64,000 bases of DNA, taken from NCBI GenBank assembly GCA_032718475.1, contig JAUCBJ010000128.1, positions 1 through 64,000 of the forward strand, given 5' to 3'. The notes beneath the pieces are model-generated. The model was not told the origin of the DNA. It worked only from the letters and a program-made list of their open reading frames with translations, and made no database searches. This DNA comes from Nemertoderma westbladi (lineage: Eukaryota; Animalia; Xenacoelomorpha). Positions 62,201 through 64,000 of this stretch are shown here, one piece after another. The stretch's first letter is position 1; every line of letters begins with the position of its first letter. Both the position numbers and the translations under genes were made by a program.

Positions 62201-64000
62201 ATCGGAGCGATTCCGACGAGTTAGGACGGAGAACTGGCTGCTATGGGCATCACAAGTGCAGGCGACTCAGGTAAGTGACGCAGAGTTGAGAGACTTAGTG
62301 GAGCGGGAAGAGATCCAAGATAAAGAAGAGCGCCGTTATCAGAGGGAAGTTACTAGCTGGCTGATGCAGAATGGAGTGGTGGTACCAAGCCAGGTGCTAC
62401 CGACGACGGAGAACATTCAACAGAAGACGTTGACTCCACCCGACGACGCATCCAGAGACAGTGGCGATTCCCAGGTTAGTCACGTGCGAGGGAAGGTTAT
62501 ATGTGCTAGATCCCTTGTTTCTCACAACTCGGCGGAGGAGAGAAGACGCCGACTGGACGAACAACAGGCGGAAGTTTTGCGTGCATCGGAAGCACGGAAG
62601 GAAGCCGAACGAGAAAGGGAGCGAACACGTAAGTTAGACGCAAAGTTGCGGGAGTTGGAAGAGAAAGGTAAGCGTGAGCAAGCGGAACGCGAACAGAAGG
62701 AACGCAAACTCCAACTTGAACGCGAACTCCAACTTGAACGCGAACAGAAAGAACGCGAACGGGAAGCGAAGAAACGCGAATTCCAACTTGAACGCGAACG
62801 TAAGGAACGCGAACTCGAGATCGAGAAAGAGCGACAAGCGTTGTATGAAGAAAAGGCGCGTGTGGAAGAAGAGAGCGCAGCGAGACGAGCGAGGGAAGAA
62901 GAAGAACGTAAACTGGCGCAGTTGGAAAGTGCGAGATTAAGTTTAGAGAGCGAAGAACGGACTAGGAAGGCGAACGAAATCGCCGAGAAGGGGATGTGAA
63001 TGATCGAAGAATGTGGGGCGAGTGTAGGGACCGAGTTGCGAGAACTGTTCGCACTGCAGAAGGCCGAACAGGAAGCGAGAACTCCGGCTATACGCGAGTC
63101 TACGACGACCAGAATTCCTATACCCGGTCCAGCTATTACGAGTACACGGATCGCTAAACCATTCTCTACATATCGCACGCCAGTTGGTATTAGTGCTTCA
63201 CCCATCGCCCAGGATCCACGTCATCGGAACACCACACCACTATACACCGAATGAGAGAATGAAGAGTTTAGAGAAACTCCGATGGGATGAGTATTTGGCG
63301 AACCGAACCCGCGGGTTTGGAATACGCGGACGGAGCGCCGACCCAGTTCGACGGAGAACTTCCGGGTTAAACCGGAAGAGGGATCATATGAGAGACAGCG
63401 GATTACTCAGATAGAGCCGACTATACAACAGAACCCTAGCCAGGAATTTATTACGAGGGATGAGTTAAGTGCTAGTTTAGCGCAAGCTATATCGCCGCAC
63501 ATCCAACCTATAACGGACATGCTTAGTAACCTACGGTTAAAGGAAGCAGCCCAGGTAAGAAGTAATTCTAATCCTAGCAGGCCTGAGTTAGACAAAGTCC
63601 AGCCTAGTCAACGAGTACGCATATCGGAGGAGACTATACCACATAGACCTCAGGTAAGGACGCCTGTCCCGAATATTCATAATCCCAATTTCGAAAATTC
63701 GGCGGAAAGATTTATTGAGGAGGCTTGGGTCAGGGCCTCGGCGCGCAAACCATCGCGAGCGCTAAGGACTGACACCGAGTCAAGCGATGAAGAGGAAGAC
63801 ATGAGACATCAGAAGTCCCGAAACTATAAGGAAAGAAGGACCGACGCGGAGCAGGTAAGTTGGAACCACCGGGAAAGGACCAGACTTAACAACCCTGCGG
63901 AACTAAACCATTTGTTAACCCGGAACGACGCAACCCTTAGGGACATAGGTAAGTTTGCTGCTAGGCAAGGACTGCCGACGCAACAACCCCAGAAGTTTAT
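59261..64000 (+). mobile_element. Bel/Pao element D: partial LTR/leader and gag running off the window end
   Basis: gag from ATG 61524; KKKLRAHAGHITR resembles element B YKLRAHKGKFTK; E/R/K coiled coil; same frame continues through TGAs at 62997, 63252 and 63288 to ..RQGLPTQQPQKF (start of capsid region); LTR limits uncertain. Confidence 0.75.

Noticed and set aside
12963-63290. Genome-wide TGA reassignment
   Set aside because: WDR46 ends with TGA right after its conserved LDRF terminus, and the 2615-aa element B ORF has no internal TGA

Overview
Repeat-rich eukaryotic (most likely invertebrate animal) genomic DNA. Three single-exon housekeeping genes (eIF3j 6528-7265, HTATIP2/TIP30-like 37616-38308, WDR46/UTP7 41116-42780) sit among transposons. 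The centre is a four-level nest whose borders are fixed by target-site duplications: a TIR DNA transposon (10521-36912, TSD ATTA) contains a non-autonomous Bel/Pao LTR element A on the minus strand (10581-35383, TSD TGTAG). Element A contains a near-intact Bel/Pao element B on the plus strand (18327-31007, TSD CTGCC), which contains a truncated RTE LINE (26715-28203, 12-bp TSD). Also present: two more decayed Bel/Pao elements, a partial related LTR, two tRNA-derived SINEs running into 63-bp satellite arrays, Helentron-associated (HINE/DINE-1-like) elements, MITEs and many excision footprints. The strongest novel signal: elements A and B have no tRNA primer-binding site. Instead the 11-12 nt flush against the 5' LTR are the exact reverse complement of a site inside their own LTR, the architecture of Tf1-type self-primed reverse transcription. 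Element A also carries an extra zinc-knuckle ORF in the env position. All calls were made by eye; no searches were run.
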